NCBI GenBank assembly: GCA_963669175.1
Contig: OY769902.1
Coordinates: 5,344,001 to 5,408,000, forward strand
Direction of reading: 5' to 3'
Source of the DNA: a bacterium
GTDB lineage: Bacteria > Electryoneota > Electryoneia > Electryoneales > Electryoneaceae
Length of the DNA stretch: 64,000 nucleotides
Below the pieces are notes generated by a model. It made no database searches. It saw nothing but the letters and a program-made list of their open reading frames with translations, and had not been told where the DNA came from. This document shows positions 10,953 through 21,068 of this stretch, in pieces. Position 1 is the first letter of the stretch. The number at the start of each line of letters is the position of its first letter. A program made the translations under genes and the position numbers.

Positions 10953-10979
10953 CTATCGGCAATCCTTGTTCAACCTTGA
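10953..10979 (-). promoter_or_regulatory. Sigma28 (FliA) promoter of flagellin
   Basis: Minus strand reads TCAA-N15-GCCGATAG versus consensus TAAA-N15-GCCGATAA. Confidence 0.8.
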
Positions 10980-11096
10980 GGAAAGGAGAGCCTATATATT
11001 TATTTTATAACAAGATAACTATCGCCAAAGGAGGTAAAGATCTCTTTGAACTCACTTTAAGAAAACTGATAAAAACACTTATTTTCCTGAGCAGTA

Positions 11097-11130
11097 AAAA
11101 GGCTGTCGCTTTCAATGGCGACAGCCTTTT
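11097..11130 (-). terminator. Intrinsic terminator after nrdJ
   Basis: AAAAGGCTGTCGC-TTTCAATG-GCGACAGCCTTTT hairpin. Confidence 0.75.
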
Positions 11131-11158
11131 GCAGTTTTTTCGAAACTTAAAGTAAATA

Positions 11159-14002
11159 TCAACCACAGCCTGTTGTGCTGCCGCAGGAGGGGCAGGAGTA
11201 ACAGGAGCCACTACGGAAAGTCAAGCTTCCGCAATTGGGGCATGGCGGCGCATCCGACTGGCCAACTGGTGCATATGCCGGGCGATTGCTATTGATAATA
11301 CGTGCGGCTTCTTCCAACACACCGTCGCCGTTATCACCGCTATTTTTACTCCCGGCGCCGTTTCCCCTTTTCTCGGACTTGTTTTCGGAAACCTCTTCCT
11401 CCACCTGGTCGGAATTGTCGTCGATGATCTCTTCTTCGTAACTGCCATCATCGCCGATATCCCCGGACAGGCCATGTTCATCCGGCGGAAGGAACTTGAG
11501 CGCCAGCCAACGGAAGATGTAGTCCATCACCGAGTGCGCCATGGGGATGTCACGGTTATTGGTATATCCGCTCGGCTCAAAACGGGTGTGGATGAACTTG
11601 CGGATAAGCACCTTGAGCGGTACACCATATTGCAACGACAGGCTTATCGCAGTGGCGAAGCTGTCCATCAAACCGCTGACAACCGAACCTTCCTTGCTCA
11701 TCACGATGAAAATTTCACCCGGCTGGCCGTTCTTGTACATACCAACCGTGATGTAGCCTTCATGTCCACCAATAGAGAACTTGTGCGTGATGGATTTACG
11801 TTCATCCGGAAGCTTGAGCCGACGTGGACGGAACTCCACCTTCTTCTTGCCGCCTTCAGCCTTCTTCTCTTCCCTGGATGTGCTGACCGGCTGAACCGCT
11901 TTGCAACCGTCACGATAAATCGCGATGGCTTTCAGGCCCATCTGCCATGCAGACAGGTAAGTATTGTAAATATCCGCAGCAGTGACATTGTGCGGCATGT
12001 TTACGGTCTTGCTGATCGCACCGGAGATAAACGGTTGTACCGCTTCCATCATCCGGATGTGCCCCATGAAATGAATCGAACGGTCGCCCTTGGCCGGTTT
12101 CAACGCGCAATCGAACACGGGAAGATGTTCATCCTTCAATCCCGGTGCGCCCTCGATGGTCTCATGTTCACGCACGTAATCGATAATACGCTTGATCGTT
12201 CCATCTTCATAGCCAAGCCGTTCCAGCGCGCGTGGCACAGTACGATTGACCATCGGCAGCATCCCGCCACCGACCAGTCGCTTGTACTTGATCAGCGCGA
12301 TATCCGGCTCGATACCGGTTGTGTCGCAATCCATCATGAAAGAGATGGTTCCGGTCGGCGCCAGGACTGTCACCTGGCTGTTACGGAATCCGTACTCTTC
12401 GCCCAGTTCCAGCATTTCATCGTAAATGGTCTGCGCTTCCTCGAACATATAATCGGGAACATACTTGCGTTCGATCTTCTCCAGCGCATCCGCATGCTTG
12501 CGCATGACCCGCATGAAAGGCTTACGGTTACGCTGATAGCCACGGAATGGCTTCATGACACCGGCAAGCTGGGCGCTCAAGCGATAGGCTTCACCATGCA
12601 TGATAGCCGTCACGATACCGGCGTAAGCGCGTCCGGGATTGCTGTCGTAAGGCATACCACGACTCATCAGCAACGCGCCCAGATTGGTGTAACCAAGCCC
12701 TAACGGACGATAATCATGGGAGGTCTTTTCAATCTGCTTCGTCGGGTAGGAAGCATTATCAACAATAATTTCCTGGGCAAGCGCGGTAATGCGCACCGCC
12801 GCACGGAAAGCATCAACATTGAATTCACCGTTTTCATCCACAAACTTCAGCAGGTTCAGCGAAGCGAGATTGCAGGCGCTGTTGTCCAGGAACATGAATT
12901 CACTGCAAGGATTGGAAGCATTAATGCGATTTGTATTCGGGCAGGTATGCCACTCGTTGATGGTAGTGTCAAACTGGAATCCCGGATCGCCCGTTTCCCA
13001 GGCCGCCTTGCAGATCTTGTCCAACAGTTCACGCGCCTGGTACGATTTGATCGGTTCGCCATTGGTGACAGCGCGCGTGTTCCACTCGCCGTCCTGCAAC
13101 ACAGCGTGCATGAACTCGTCGGTTACACGGACTGAATGGTTGGCATTCTGGAAGAAGATGGAGGAATAAGCTTCGCCATCCAGACCACCCTCAAAACCGG
13201 CCTTCAGCAACGCAAATGCCTTCTTCTCTTCTTTCACTTTACATTCGATAAACTCATCGACATCAGGATGGTCAATGTTCAGGATCACCATTTTCGCGGC
13301 ACGGCGAGTTTTACCACCGGACTTGATCACACCGGCAAACGCGTCATAACCGCGCATGAAGCTGACAGGACCGGAAGCCATTCCCCCGCCACTCATACCC
13401 TCCAGTGAACTGCGAAGCGGACTGAGGTTCGTTCCCGCTCCACTACCATATTTAAAGAGCATCCCCTCCGTCTTGGCCAGGTCAAGGATGGACTCCATGG
13501 TGTCTTCCACCGAATTAATGAAGCAGGCGCTGCATTGCGGCCGTTCTTCCACACCAACATTGAACCAGACCGGGCTGTTAAACGCCATCATCTGGTTAAC
13601 AAGAAGGTGCTTCAGTTCATTGCGGTAGATCTCCCCGTCTTCCGGAGATGCAAAGTACCCATCAGACAAACCCCAATCGGTAATTGTATCCGAAACACGG
13701 TCAATAACCTGTCGCATGCTCGTTTCACGGTCACTACTGCCAAGCTTCCCTTTAAAATACTTGGACACAACAACATTGGTGGAAAGCTGTGACCATGAAC
13801 TGGGCATTTCAGCATCACGCTGTTCGAAGATAACTTCGCCCTTTTCATTGGTTAGCTGCGCAAGGGACTTTTTCCACTCGATCTCTTCATAAGGATGGAC
13901 ACCCGGTTTTGTAAAGAAATTGTTTATTTCTATTCCCTTCAATGATTTACCCTCTGCTTCTGAACCTGTCTGCTGTGACTGTTCGTGCGACTTTCCCGAC
14001 AT
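11159..14002 (-). CDS. nrdJ: Class II (adenosylcobalamin-dependent) ribonucleotide reductase
   Basis: FNSPVWFNVG, PQCSACFI, KSGGKTRRAAKM, active-site NASNPCSEF, LAPTGTISFMM, TSCPD-like domain, C-terminal Zn-ribbon CPNCG..CYSCPSCG. Confidence 0.95.
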   Translation of the reverse strand: MSGKSHEQSQQTGSEAEGKSLKGIEINNFFTKPGVHPYEEIEWKKSLAQLTNEKGEVIFEQRDAEMPSSWSQLSTNVVVSKYFKGKLGSSDRETSMRQVIDRVSDTITDWGLSDGYFASPEDGEIYRNELKHLLVNQMMAFNSPVWFNVGVEERPQCSACFINSVEDTMESILDLAKTEGMLFKYGSGAGTNLSPLRSSLEGMSGGGMASGPVSFMRGYDAFAGVIKSGGKTRRAAKMVILNIDHPDVDEFIECKVKEEKKAFALLKAGFEGGLDGEAYSSIFFQNANHSVRVTDEFMHAVLQDGEWNTRAVTNGEPIKSYQARELLDKICKAAWETGDPGFQFDTTINEWHTCPNTNRINASNPCSEFMFLDNSACNLASLNLLKFVDENGEFNVDAFRAAVRITALAQEIIVDNASYPTKQIEKTSHDYRPLGLGYTNLGALLMSRGMPYDSNPGRAYAGIVTAIMHGEAYRLSAQLAGVMKPFRGYQRNRKPFMRVMRKHADALEKIERKYVPDYMFEEAQTIYDEMLELGEEYGFRNSQVTVLAPTGTISFMMDCDTTGIEPDIALIKYKRLVGGGMLPMVNRTVPRALERLGYEDGTIKRIIDYVREHETIEGAPGLKDEHLPVFDCALKPAKGDRSIHFMGHIRMMEAVQPFISGAISKTVNMPHNVTAADIYNTYLSAWQMGLKAIAIYRDGCKAVQPVSTSREEKKAEGGKKKVEFRPRRLKLPDERKSITHKFSIGGHEGYITVGMYKNGQPGEIFIVMSKEGSVVSGLMDSFATAISLSLQYGVPLKVLIRKFIHTRFEPSGYTNNRDIPMAHSVMDYIFRWLALKFLPPDEHGLSGDIGDDGSYEEEIIDDNSDQVEEEVSENKSEKRGNGAGSKNSGDNGDGVLEEAARIINSNRPAYAPVGQSDAPPCPNCGSLTFRSGSCYSCPSCGSTTGCG

Positions 14003-14921
14003 TGGACCTCCTCAAAAAAACGGTAACTGCGAAGAGCGAAAAAAATTGAAATATGAATATGTCGAAAAAACTCTTCTTGCTCGTTAAAACCTATTTCCCC
14101 GTTTATCCCCACTACACTCCATTAAAAGCTTAACCTGTTTTTCTGGCGGCAGTGACTTCACAGCTAATTATCGATAAGTCAATGTTTTGAGATTTGAGAG
14201 AGTACAAGCGCAGACGCGAGTACCTCACGAACCCCGTAACAACTTGTTTATCAAACACTTAAAAAACGAGGGGGGCGATGCTTCTGCGTATCTCCATATT
14301 TCCATGGAGGTTACTTGCACACCTTAGGAACACCATGCCTTTTGAATCTACTCTGGAGGTATGCTGCATAATGGATTGGTGAAGAATTCTCCCTGCGTGA
14401 CGCCCCATCACAGCCTTTTCTTCACTTCCTTCCCAGCGACGCCAGACAAATTAGAGGGCCTCTTCTTACTTGTCAAGACTCTCGAGAAAAAAAAGACAAA
14501 AACTGGCGTCTCCCCCAATATTTCCTTTCGTTTTGATTTCATTAGCTTTAGCACAAATCTATAAATAACAAACTCTTAAAAATACCGCTTCAAATGACGC
14601 GAGAAATGCTTCCCCCAATGCGTTAAGAATTAAAGGATAACCAAGCAAGAAGTTAATGAAATGAGAGGATTGCTCAAAACAGGGGCTATTTCGCTAATTT
14701 TGAGGCACATTGTTGCCCCTCGAATGTAACAGACGTTTTACACTGCCAAAGCTACCTGTCAGGTTTTCCAACAGCTTGAGCTGTGATTAATTACACATTC
14801 ACCTGAGAAGTATGAAAAGTTACACGCAAACCATTAGTAATATTCCAATTAAATCAAGCACAAGCCCAACAACCCATGGAATATCAGTAGATTAGGTAGT
14901 CTATTTGACCGGAACTGACAG

Positions 14922-14951
14922 AAAACCGGCGGGAACAGACTCTCCCGCCGG
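14922..14951 (-). terminator. Intrinsic terminator after ytfJ-like gene
   Basis: AAAA-CCGGCGGGA-ACAGACTC-TCCCGCCGG hairpin. Confidence 0.6.
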
Positions 14952-15012
14952 AAGGAATGAGCAATCAATCGGGGTGATCATGTTGATCAATGGGATGTTT
15001 GTTTATCCCATT

Positions 15013-15423
15013 CTACTCTGACTTCTCATCGTCCTGTGCATCTTCATCCTTGTCACCGGCTCCACGGAGTGAATCCATCGCATAGGTCATGAGGTCCGGC
15101 AGCTTCTCTATGAGGGCGTCCATCCCCTTGGCCTTCGATGCGGATGCATGAAGAATACGGACTGTTGTGCCGTCGTGAACCAGAAAACAGGAGGGCTCTA
15201 CTTTGATGCCTCCGGCAGCGCCTCCACCGGTGCCACCGATCTTCCGGCCTTCTTTATCCTCTGTACCTTCGCCCGCACCGACACCAAAACCAATCGATAC
15301 TTTGACAACAGGCACAACCAGAAGATCGTTAAACTTTATCGGCTCACCTATTAATGTTTCGCTACGTGCGATATGACGCGTCTTCTCGAGGATCGCCTCA
15401 ATGGATTCCTGCAGCATGCTCAT
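15013..15423 (-). CDS. YtfJ/GerW-family protein
   Basis: ETLIGEPI..VVPVVKVSIGFGVGAGEG..GGGAAGGIKVEP..FLV. Confidence 0.85.
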   Translation of the reverse strand: MSMLQESIEAILEKTRHIARSETLIGEPIKFNDLLVVPVVKVSIGFGVGAGEGTEDKEGRKIGGTGGGAAGGIKVEPSCFLVHDGTTVRILHASASKAKGMDALIEKLPDLMTYAMDSLRGAGDKDEDAQDDEKSE

Positions 15424-16403
15424 CAGCCCTGCTCCTTTCGAATCTGTTGCACCGTTTTATACAGTCCGATCCAGGGGAAACGGACCAGGAAATCCACGGT
15501 GGGCGGAATGAACAGGATGAGGTGAATCCGTAAGTCCACCGCTGCTTCCGCCTTCGGTTCAAATGTATGTGTTTCAAAATCAGGTTCAAAGATGATGTGA
15601 CCGTTGAGCCTCCCTTCCAAGGCTCCATCCAGAGCATATAACCAGCCTTGAGCCGCTCCCAGAGATGAAGGGTCTCCGCCGGATGCAAAACGGACGTACA
15701 GCTTTTTCCAGCGCAACGCTCGCCAGTACCTGAGCGCCAACCGGTATAAGCGACGCAGTACCTTTTTTCCAAATGGGCCATATTGTTCGAGATACTTGCG
15801 CCCGCGCTGGATCTTGTCTACCAACCCCTTGATTCGCCCTTTGATTTCATCCAGTTGACGGATTCCGCTTCCGCTCGGTTTGTCCGTTTCAAACTCTGCA
15901 TCATCATCATCGTCGAAGAACTCATCAAAGCCTAACGGTTCCGCTGCACTCTCAAAATCATCATAGGATTCAGGGGATTCCTCAATGGGAAGCTCTGCAT
16001 CGATTTTTTCGCTGATGGGTTCATCAACGCTATCATAAGAAACTTCTTGCCTTTCCCGGTCCACCTGTCCTTCATCCACTTCCAGATCTGTTTTTGCCGA
16101 CTCATCCACAGGTACGGGTGGAGGTGTTTCGTAGAAATCGTCGTCTGAGGGTGGTTTGTCTTTTTTCTTTTTCCCTTTTCCACGATTCCGGATTCGATTG
16201 ATCAGGGGCGCCAACCGGTTTCGATAAAACCGCTCCCCCCACTGGTAGCCGCCTGGCGCCAGGTTAACCGGCCCGTACCAGACAGACCACTCCACATGAT
16301 CCAGCCGATCCATTCGAAAACGCAGACTGAACGGTATCGACAGGAAAACAATGGTCCCCACCAGCAGAACCGCAAGCGCTATCAGGACAATTTCCCAGAA
16401 CAA
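15423..16403 (-). CDS. DUF2953 / YtfI-like membrane-anchored protein with acidic linker
   Basis: N-terminal TM helix; C-terminal GDPSSLG..GWLYA..FEPDF; TGATG overlap with the ytfJ-like gene, as in ytfI-ytfJ pairs. Confidence 0.65.
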   Translation of the reverse strand: MFWEIVLIALAVLLVGTIVFLSIPFSLRFRMDRLDHVEWSVWYGPVNLAPGGYQWGERFYRNRLAPLINRIRNRGKGKKKKDKPPSDDDFYETPPPVPVDESAKTDLEVDEGQVDRERQEVSYDSVDEPISEKIDAELPIEESPESYDDFESAAEPLGFDEFFDDDDDAEFETDKPSGSGIRQLDEIKGRIKGLVDKIQRGRKYLEQYGPFGKKVLRRLYRLALRYWRALRWKKLYVRFASGGDPSSLGAAQGWLYALDGALEGRLNGHIIFEPDFETHTFEPKAEAAVDLRIHLILFIPPTVDFLVRFPWIGLYKTVQQIRKEQG

Positions 16404-16618
16404 AGGCTATCCAAACGATGAATGTTTACCTGGAACCACGTTTTACGAACTTAACGCTGAGCTTAGTGCAAGCCCCAACTTCCGCAGAATCCTTGACTTG
16501 ACTAGAAGCTTTACAGGACACACAGAGTTTATCCTTAATTCTTTTACACAATACAAGCGCCAATTCCAATTAAACGGACATCCTTCATTAGCCGATGAAA
16601 TTTCAAGCGCTGCACGAC

Positions 16619-17052
16619 AACTCGCGATCACTACAACAATCCTTATGACAACCCGCGATCACAACAGCAATCCTTACGACAACTCGAGATCACAACGGAT
16701 ATCCTTACAAGAACTCGTGATCACAACGGATATCCTTACAACAACTCGAGACCACAACGGATATCCTTACAATAACTCGAGATCACAACAGCAATCCTTA
16801 CGACAACTCGAGATCACAACGGATATCCTTACAATAACTCGAGACCACAACGGATATCCTTACGACAACTCGAGACCACAACGGATATCCTTACAATAAC
16901 TCGAGATCACAACAGCAATCCTTACGACAACTCGAGATCACAACGGATATCCTTACAATAACTCGAGATCACAACGGATATCCTTACAACAACTCGAGAT
17001 CACAACGGATATCCTTACAACAACTCGAGACTACAACGGATATCCTTACAAC
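16619..17052. repeat. 31-bp tandem repeat, 14 copies plus a degenerate tail
   Basis: Unit AACTCGAGATCACAACGGATATCCTTACAAC, with a second variant containing ACAGCAATCCTTACGAC; no spacers. Confidence 0.9.
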
Positions 17053-17097
17053 AACTCTCAATAGCAATGGCAATCCTTGAATCCGACATTCTATCCT

Positions 17098-17736
17098 TTA
17101 GCCTGCTTCAGCAGGCTCCTCTTAGCACCCGGCTTTAGCCGGGTGGATAAGATGCTCCAACTCGAGAGCGCGCTTTAGCGTGCTTTCAAGAATACTGTTT
17201 CATTTCACGAACAAAAGTCTCCAATATTTCATTCGTTGTTCTTTTCGCATGATGCTCTTTTTGGTTCTGAACATAGCGTATTACTGAATCTAAGTGTTTG
17301 TGTGCAAAGCTTACAACGCCATATCCTCTTTGCCATTTTAGCGTATCGTTACCAAATTGATGATTAATTCTATGGGAACTTCCACCTTTCAGCTCGCCAA
17401 TAAATGTACTAACCAACACAAATGGCTCGAGTTGTACTACAAGGTGCACATGCGTCGGCGTACCACCCACTCCCTTGAAATGAACACCGTCTATTTTGGT
17501 GCAATAGTCTTCGATATGACGATATAAAACACTTTCAATAGCAGGTATAATTTGAGGTTGATCATGGATACAATGCCAGGTTATATGCAGAAATATACGG
17601 TCAAAAACGTGGCTTACACCTTTCTTTCCCATTGTCATCCCCCCTGAAAGCACGCTAAAGCGCGCTCTATATTTTGAGTTCTATCATCCACCCGGCTAAA
17701 GCCGGGTGCTAAGAGGAGCCTGCTAAAGCAGGCTAA
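17098..17736. mobile_element. RAYT/IS200-like element: Y1 transposase inside about 90-bp inverted arms, each of three REP-like hairpins
   Basis: Left 17098-17190 (AGCCTGCTTCAGCAGGCT, CACCCGGCTTTAGCCGGGTG, AGCGCGCTTTAGCGTGCT) is mirrored at right 17644-17736. Confidence 0.85.
17186..17632 (-). CDS. tnpA: IS200/IS605-family (Y1 HUH) transposase, REP-associated type
   Basis: LHITW, HUH motif THVHL, LKGGSS, WQRGYG, catalytic Tyr in RYVQNQKEHH. Start uncertain (17632-17653). Confidence 0.9.
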   Translation of the reverse strand: MGKKGVSHVFDRIFLHITWHCIHDQPQIIPAIESVLYRHIEDYCTKIDGVHFKGVGGTPTHVHLVVQLEPFVLVSTFIGELKGGSSHRINHQFGNDTLKWQRGYGVVSFAHKHLDSVIRYVQNQKEHHAKRTTNEILETFVREMKQYS

Positions 17737-17774
17737 TTACTCTCGAAGAAACAGACTTATTACCTCTATTAATC

Positions 17775-17949
17775 AGGCTACTTCCTGCCACGCAAAAGGC
17801 TACTTCCTGTCACTCAAAAGGCTACTTCCTGCCACGCAAAAGGTTACTTCCTGCCACGCAAAAGGCTACCTCCTGCCACGCAAAAGGCTACTTCATGCCA
17901 CGCAAAAGGCTACTTCACGCCACGCAAAAGACTACTTCCTGTCAGCAAA
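17775..17949. repeat. 22-bp tandem repeat, about 8 copies
   Basis: Unit AGGCTACTTCCTGCCACGCAAA. Confidence 0.9.
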
Positions 17950-17989
17950 CAGGCTAATTATACTCTTAACTTCAATTTGTAAATCGTCT

Positions 17990-18997
17990 TTACTTGCCCG
18001 GCTTTAACCCGGTCTGCACCAGGTCATGCAACCGCAAGATTCCCACACATCGGTTATCTTCATCGACGACCGGCAGCACCATGATCTGGCTGGGACGGTT
18101 TTCCATTAGCAGCAGCGCGTCAATCGCCTTATCGTCAGCATGAACATGAACCGGCGCAACCGTCATCACTTCACTTGCATGCGCCCGCAGGAAATCAGCT
18201 CCCAGGCGCAGGATACCACGGCGCACATCACCATCCGTGATGATCCCCAGCAATTTGCCTTCCTTATTCACTACGCTGACCCCACCCAGCGCCGTATGGC
18301 TCAGGATATCCAACACGATTTCCATCGGAGTATCCGGATCGGTCAGCGGATTGTCCTGACCGTGGTGCATCAGATCCGATACAGCCAGCAGCAGACGTTT
18401 ACCGAGGCTGCCACCGGGATGGTTCCGTGCGAAATCGTCAGGAGTAAATCCACGCAGTTGCATCAGGACTGCCGCAAGCGCGTCCCCCATCAGCATGGTC
18501 ACTGTAGTGGAGCTGGTCGGCGCAAGACCGATCGGGCAGGCTTCACGTTCTACGCTTACATCCACCCAGATATCCGCCAACTTCGCCAGCCGGCTGGATT
18601 CATCACCGACCATCGCGATCAGGGTCACTTCCTTATTCCGCAACGCCGGGACAAGATCGATCAGTTCGTCGGTTTCACCTGACTTACTGATCAGCACAAC
18701 CACATCTCCCGAACTGACAACTCCCAGGTCGCCATGCGCGGCATCATTGGGGTGAAGAAACAGCGAGACGATACCGGTCGAACGGAACGTGGCATTTATC
18801 TTGTTGGCAATCAGCCCGCTTTTTCCGGCGCCGACAAAGATCACCTTGCCCTTGCCATGACCGTTTAACGCCATAATGGCTTTCACGGTTTCAACAAATC
18901 CTTCACCCAGCCTGCCACGTACATCTTGAGCCGCTGCGATTTCGAGATCGAAAATCTCTCGCGCCCTCTCGATGATTCCCTGGGATGTCTCGTGCAT
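17990..18997 (-). CDS. kdsD: Arabinose-5-phosphate isomerase, KpsF/GutQ family (SIS + 2 CBS)
   Basis: GAGKSGLIA, AAHGDLG, SKSGETDEL, EACPIGLAPTSSTT, HPGGSLG, CBS pair; start ATG 18997. Confidence 0.92.
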   Translation of the reverse strand: MHETSQGIIERAREIFDLEIAAAQDVRGRLGEGFVETVKAIMALNGHGKGKVIFVGAGKSGLIANKINATFRSTGIVSLFLHPNDAAHGDLGVVSSGDVVVLISKSGETDELIDLVPALRNKEVTLIAMVGDESSRLAKLADIWVDVSVEREACPIGLAPTSSTTVTMLMGDALAAVLMQLRGFTPDDFARNHPGGSLGKRLLLAVSDLMHHGQDNPLTDPDTPMEIVLDILSHTALGGVSVVNKEGKLLGIITDGDVRRGILRLGADFLRAHASEVMTVAPVHVHADDKAIDALLLMENRPSQIMVLPVVDEDNRCVGILRLHDLVQTGLKPGK

Positions 18998-19206
18998 GTA
19001 AAGTTCCCTTTTTCCACTAGTGGATCGATTCACTGGTACCAGTTTGGAGAAGGTAGGCAATCGGTACGTCTGGAGCAAAGCCCCCTTGTATAACTACGAT
19101 AAGTTATCGGCTTGTTGCCTGAATCATACATTTCATTCCTTTATGCGGGTTGACACCTTTATCCTTCCGAGCTACTTTCTCACACATTTTTAAAACGGGA
19201 ACAAAC

Positions 19207-20304
19207 ATGTCTACAGATAATCGTTCAAGATTCCTTTCCGCACTCGACGAGTGTACAGTCAGACTGTCAGAGTACCTGAAAGAACGGGACACGGCGCCCC
19301 GGTTTCACCCGCAGGATCTCCGAAATGCGGCAACCCTGTATGTTGAAGCTGGTGGGAAACGGTTGCGTCCTGCGTTAGTCCGTTGGAGCTGTGGCGCTGT
19401 TGGCGGAGCCCCGGACAGCTCCCTGCCCGCATCTGCCGCGGTGGAATTGTTCCACACCTGGTCTCTGGTCCATGATGACATCATCGACCGCGACAATACA
19501 CGTCGCGGCTCCGATACTGTTCACCATCACTTCTTCAAGGTCGCACGGGACCGCTATACGCAGATGTCCCATTCTGACCAGCATCATTACGGCGCAAGCG
19601 TAGCCATTCTGACAGGTGATGTCCAGCACGGATGGGCGATCTCCATGATGGTTGAGCTGGCCCTCAAAAACGGTCTTGATGCCAACCTGACCCTGAAACT
19701 AATCGACGAACTGGACACCAATGTCCTGAACGGCCTGTTGGAAGGCGAAATCCTCGACCTGCAGTTTTCTCACACTCCCTTGCAGGAATTGAATGTCGAT
19801 CAGATCGAAGACATGCTGTGGAAGAAGACCGGCATCCTTTACCAGTATTGTGCCCGCTGCGGTGCGATGATTGGGCTGGAGACCTTCGATCTTGAGAACA
19901 GCTACATCAGCGCACTTTCCGAGTTTTCCAAAGGCGCAGGGATTGCCTTCCAGCTTCAGGATGATATCCTGGGTATCGTGGGTGACCCCATGAAGCTGGG
20001 CAAACCGGTCGGCAGCGATATTATTGAAGGAAAGCGCACCACTGTCATTCATTACGCATATGAAAACGCCGATCCTTCAGAGCGCACCCGGATCGAGGAA
20101 ACCCTTGGCAAGGCGGAAGCCTCAGAGCAGGAGATCAACGAGGTCGTGGCTATCCTGAAGAATCGTGGCGGTATTGATAAGACACGCGAGCGTGCGATGC
20201 ACTGGATCAACTTCGCGGTGCCCCAGTTGGATGTATTACCGGAATCCGAGTATCGTGACCTGCTGCTTTCCTGGGCGCAGTTTACCGTGGACCGGTTTAA
20301 ATAA
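19207..20304 (+). CDS. Short-chain polyprenyl (likely geranylgeranyl) diphosphate synthase
   Basis: GGKRLRP, FARM HTWSLVHDDIIDRDNTRRG, KKTG, SARM FQLQDDILG, GKPVGSDIIEGKRT. Confidence 0.9.
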   Translation: MSTDNRSRFLSALDECTVRLSEYLKERDTAPRFHPQDLRNAATLYVEAGGKRLRPALVRWSCGAVGGAPDSSLPASAAVELFHTWSLVHDDIIDRDNTRRGSDTVHHHFFKVARDRYTQMSHSDQHHYGASVAILTGDVQHGWAISMMVELALKNGLDANLTLKLIDELDTNVLNGLLEGEILDLQFSHTPLQELNVDQIEDMLWKKTGILYQYCARCGAMIGLETFDLENSYISALSEFSKGAGIAFQLQDDILGIVGDPMKLGKPVGSDIIEGKRTTVIHYAYENADPSERTRIEETLGKAEASEQEINEVVAILKNRGGIDKTRERAMHWINFAVPQLDVLPESEYRDLLLSWAQFTVDRFK

Positions 20305-21068
20305 TGCTGTTGACAGGTGAAGCCTGGTGGCTGGCCGCATTCCTGGCCGTGATAGTGCGTCTCGACCGGTATCTTCACCTTTCTACCTTCCTGAGTCAAC
20401 CCCTGGTCAGTGGTTTGCTGGCCGGAGCACTGTTCAACGAATGGCAGGCCGGTTTAACTGCCGGTCTGCTGGTGCAGGCAGCCTGGCTGCACCAATGCCT
20501 GGATACGGCCACACCGCCACGCTATTCCGCTAAAAATTCCATCTTCCGTCGCGTTGGCTTGACTGACCAGCCAGACGCAACCTCCGCAGGCGCTGTTGCC
20601 GGACTATTGAATGCCGCCCTGGTGAGCGCTGGGCGCCCTGTCGGCCTCTCGCTGGCTTATGCGCTTTTCGTAGCCTGGTTGACCGGAGCGCTGGGAGCTA
20701 TCGTAAACAGGCTTCACCTTGCTATCAATGACCGGACCGTCTCGCTTGCCGATTTGTATGCAACTCGCGGTGAAGCAAAAGAATTCAGCCGTATTGTGTT
20801 TCTGGATCTGATCCATCACGCTGTTGCGGGGCTGGTAATCATCTGGATTCCAGCCCGATTGGGGCTCTTTCTCTGGTCATTTGTTGAGATAATCGCTGCA
20901 AACAGAATTGACCCAACAGCTCGTTTTGTCGGTGAAGCTCTGATCGGATATGGTATCGTCACGCTTGCACGATGGTTCGTGACAGGGCGACGTGGTTTTG
21001 CCTTTGCCATGCCAATTGTCGCGGCTGCCGCCTATGTACTGATAATCAACATGATGGGGGAACTCTGA
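20304..21068 (+). CDS. PTS mannose/fructose/sorbose-family EIIC (divergent)
   Basis: LDR..FLSQPLVSGLLAGALF..GLTAGLLVQAAWL; hydrophobic; lies before EIID, HPr and EI. Confidence 0.7.
   Translation: MLLTGEAWWLAAFLAVIVRLDRYLHLSTFLSQPLVSGLLAGALFNEWQAGLTAGLLVQAAWLHQCLDTATPPRYSAKNSIFRRVGLTDQPDATSAGAVAGLLNAALVSAGRPVGLSLAYALFVAWLTGALGAIVNRLHLAINDRTVSLADLYATRGEAKEFSRIVFLDLIHHAVAGLVIIWIPARLGLFLWSFVEIIAANRIDPTARFVGEALIGYGIVTLARWFVTGRRGFAFAMPIVAAAAYVLIINMMGEL

Noticed and set aside
11474-12703. 409-aa plus-strand ORF (likewise 30117-31082, 58665-59777, 60132-61085)
   Set aside because: Antisense shadows of well-supported genes, with no recognisable motifs.
14003-15012. Cobalamin riboswitch or NrdR boxes upstream of nrdJ
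   Set aside because: I could not find the B12-box elements in the correct order or a convincing NrdR palindrome pair by eye; an Rfam scan would settle it.
16351-16899. 182-aa ORF
   Set aside because: Translation of the 31-bp tandem repeat; overlaps the start of a real gene on the other strand.
16619-17052. CRISPR or TIGR-like guide array
   Set aside because: Only two recurring unit variants, no unique spacer segments, and no Cas, TnpB/IscB or Nop-domain gene nearby.
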